From the NCBI GenBank assembly GCA_964488685.1, contig CAZAVY010000002.1:9716-73715 (forward strand): 64,000 nt of DNA. The letters are read 5' to 3'. Both the position numbers and the translations under genes were made by a program. The notes under the pieces were generated by a model. It worked only from the letters and a program-made list of their open reading frames with translations, was not told the origin of the DNA and ran no database searches. Below are positions 63,465 to 64,000 of the stretch, in pieces; the first letter of the stretch is position 1, and each line of letters begins with the position of its first letter. Source of the DNA: an uncultured Gammaproteobacteria bacterium (GTDB taxonomy: Bacteria > Pseudomonadota > Gammaproteobacteria > GCA-001735895).

Positions 63465-64000
63465 GTTGTCGTATCTCTCGAAATACAGTTTGATTAAAGT
63501 TAAAGGCCCGGTGCGGCCACCGGGGTTAAATATACAATTCCCTGGTAATGTAAATAACCGATTTCCTCAATCCAGTCCATTGCATATAACAATAGATTCG
63601 CTATTTTTGGATGTGCGCGAAGCCTGCCTTTTGTGTAATAAAAAAGCTACCCATCTATCGACATTTTGCTGCATTACGACGACCGGTTGAAGCAAACCAG
63701 CCTTGAAAGCTTTAATATTTAATAAATGGATTGAGATCGATTTCTGCATTTGGTTACACAATAATTCCGGCCCCGGGCGAGATTATGGCGAATTCATACC
63801 ACCGTAAGCGGGAATTCCCTTCGGCGCCAGCGAAACTTTTTATTGAAATCATGTACTAATGTTATGGTCGGGATAGCACTCCAGATTTAAATTGAATATT
63901 ATCACGCACTATATCGCTACTGTTTCCCTTTACCCGTTTATATAGAGAATGAGACCTTCCCTCACAAACGGTAATATAGTAAATATTGCGATATTGAGGC

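Overview
This 64-kb window is a chromosomal segment of a gammaproteobacterium. It is densely coded and mostly housekeeping, with Pseudomonas-like gene order. Runs I recognise:
- fur/bamE/ratB/ratA
- pyrG-kdsA-eno-ftsB-ispD
- accA-tilS-cmoA-cmoB
- ihfB-rpsA-cmk-aroA-tyrA-hisC-pheA-gyrA
- mtaD-ubiG
- rnhB-dnaE
- suhB/trmJ/iscR-operon/lexA
- selO, acs, aceK/aceA

I call about 60 protein-coding genes, one tRNA-Ser(UGA) with its terminator next to a yccA-like gene, and no rRNA or CRISPR.

Things worth a second look:
1. A ~168-bp element with 21-bp terminal inverted repeats is present twice in opposite orientations (28142..28308 and 55166..55333), with MITE-like architecture.
2. An accessory block (~39.1-47.4 kb) lies between lpxB and the isc operon. 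It carries a decayed SABATH-type methyltransferase gene, a persulfide-dioxygenase-rhodanese fusion, a NERD protein, a DUF192 protein and a complete DSF-type quorum-sensing module (rpfG-rpfC convergent with rpfF).
3. Upstream of rpfF there is a perfect 5x tandem 8-bp repeat and a perfect TGTGA-N6-TCACA palindrome.
4. A gnnA/gnnB-like oxidoreductase/aminotransferase pair sits upstream of lpxB, implying a GlcN3N-type lipid A backbone.
5. The isc operon lacks iscU, and its IscR lacks three of the four cluster ligands.
6. Several genes are interrupted or are remnants: ratB has an in-frame TAA, a downstream small ORF has an in-frame TAG, and there is an NtrB/NtrC-like fusion scar.
7. A PleD-like GGDEF protein has both receiver domains lacking the phospho-acceptor Asp.

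All calls rest on my reading of the translated ORFs and the nucleotide sequence. I ran no database searches. Start codons are approximate where noted.
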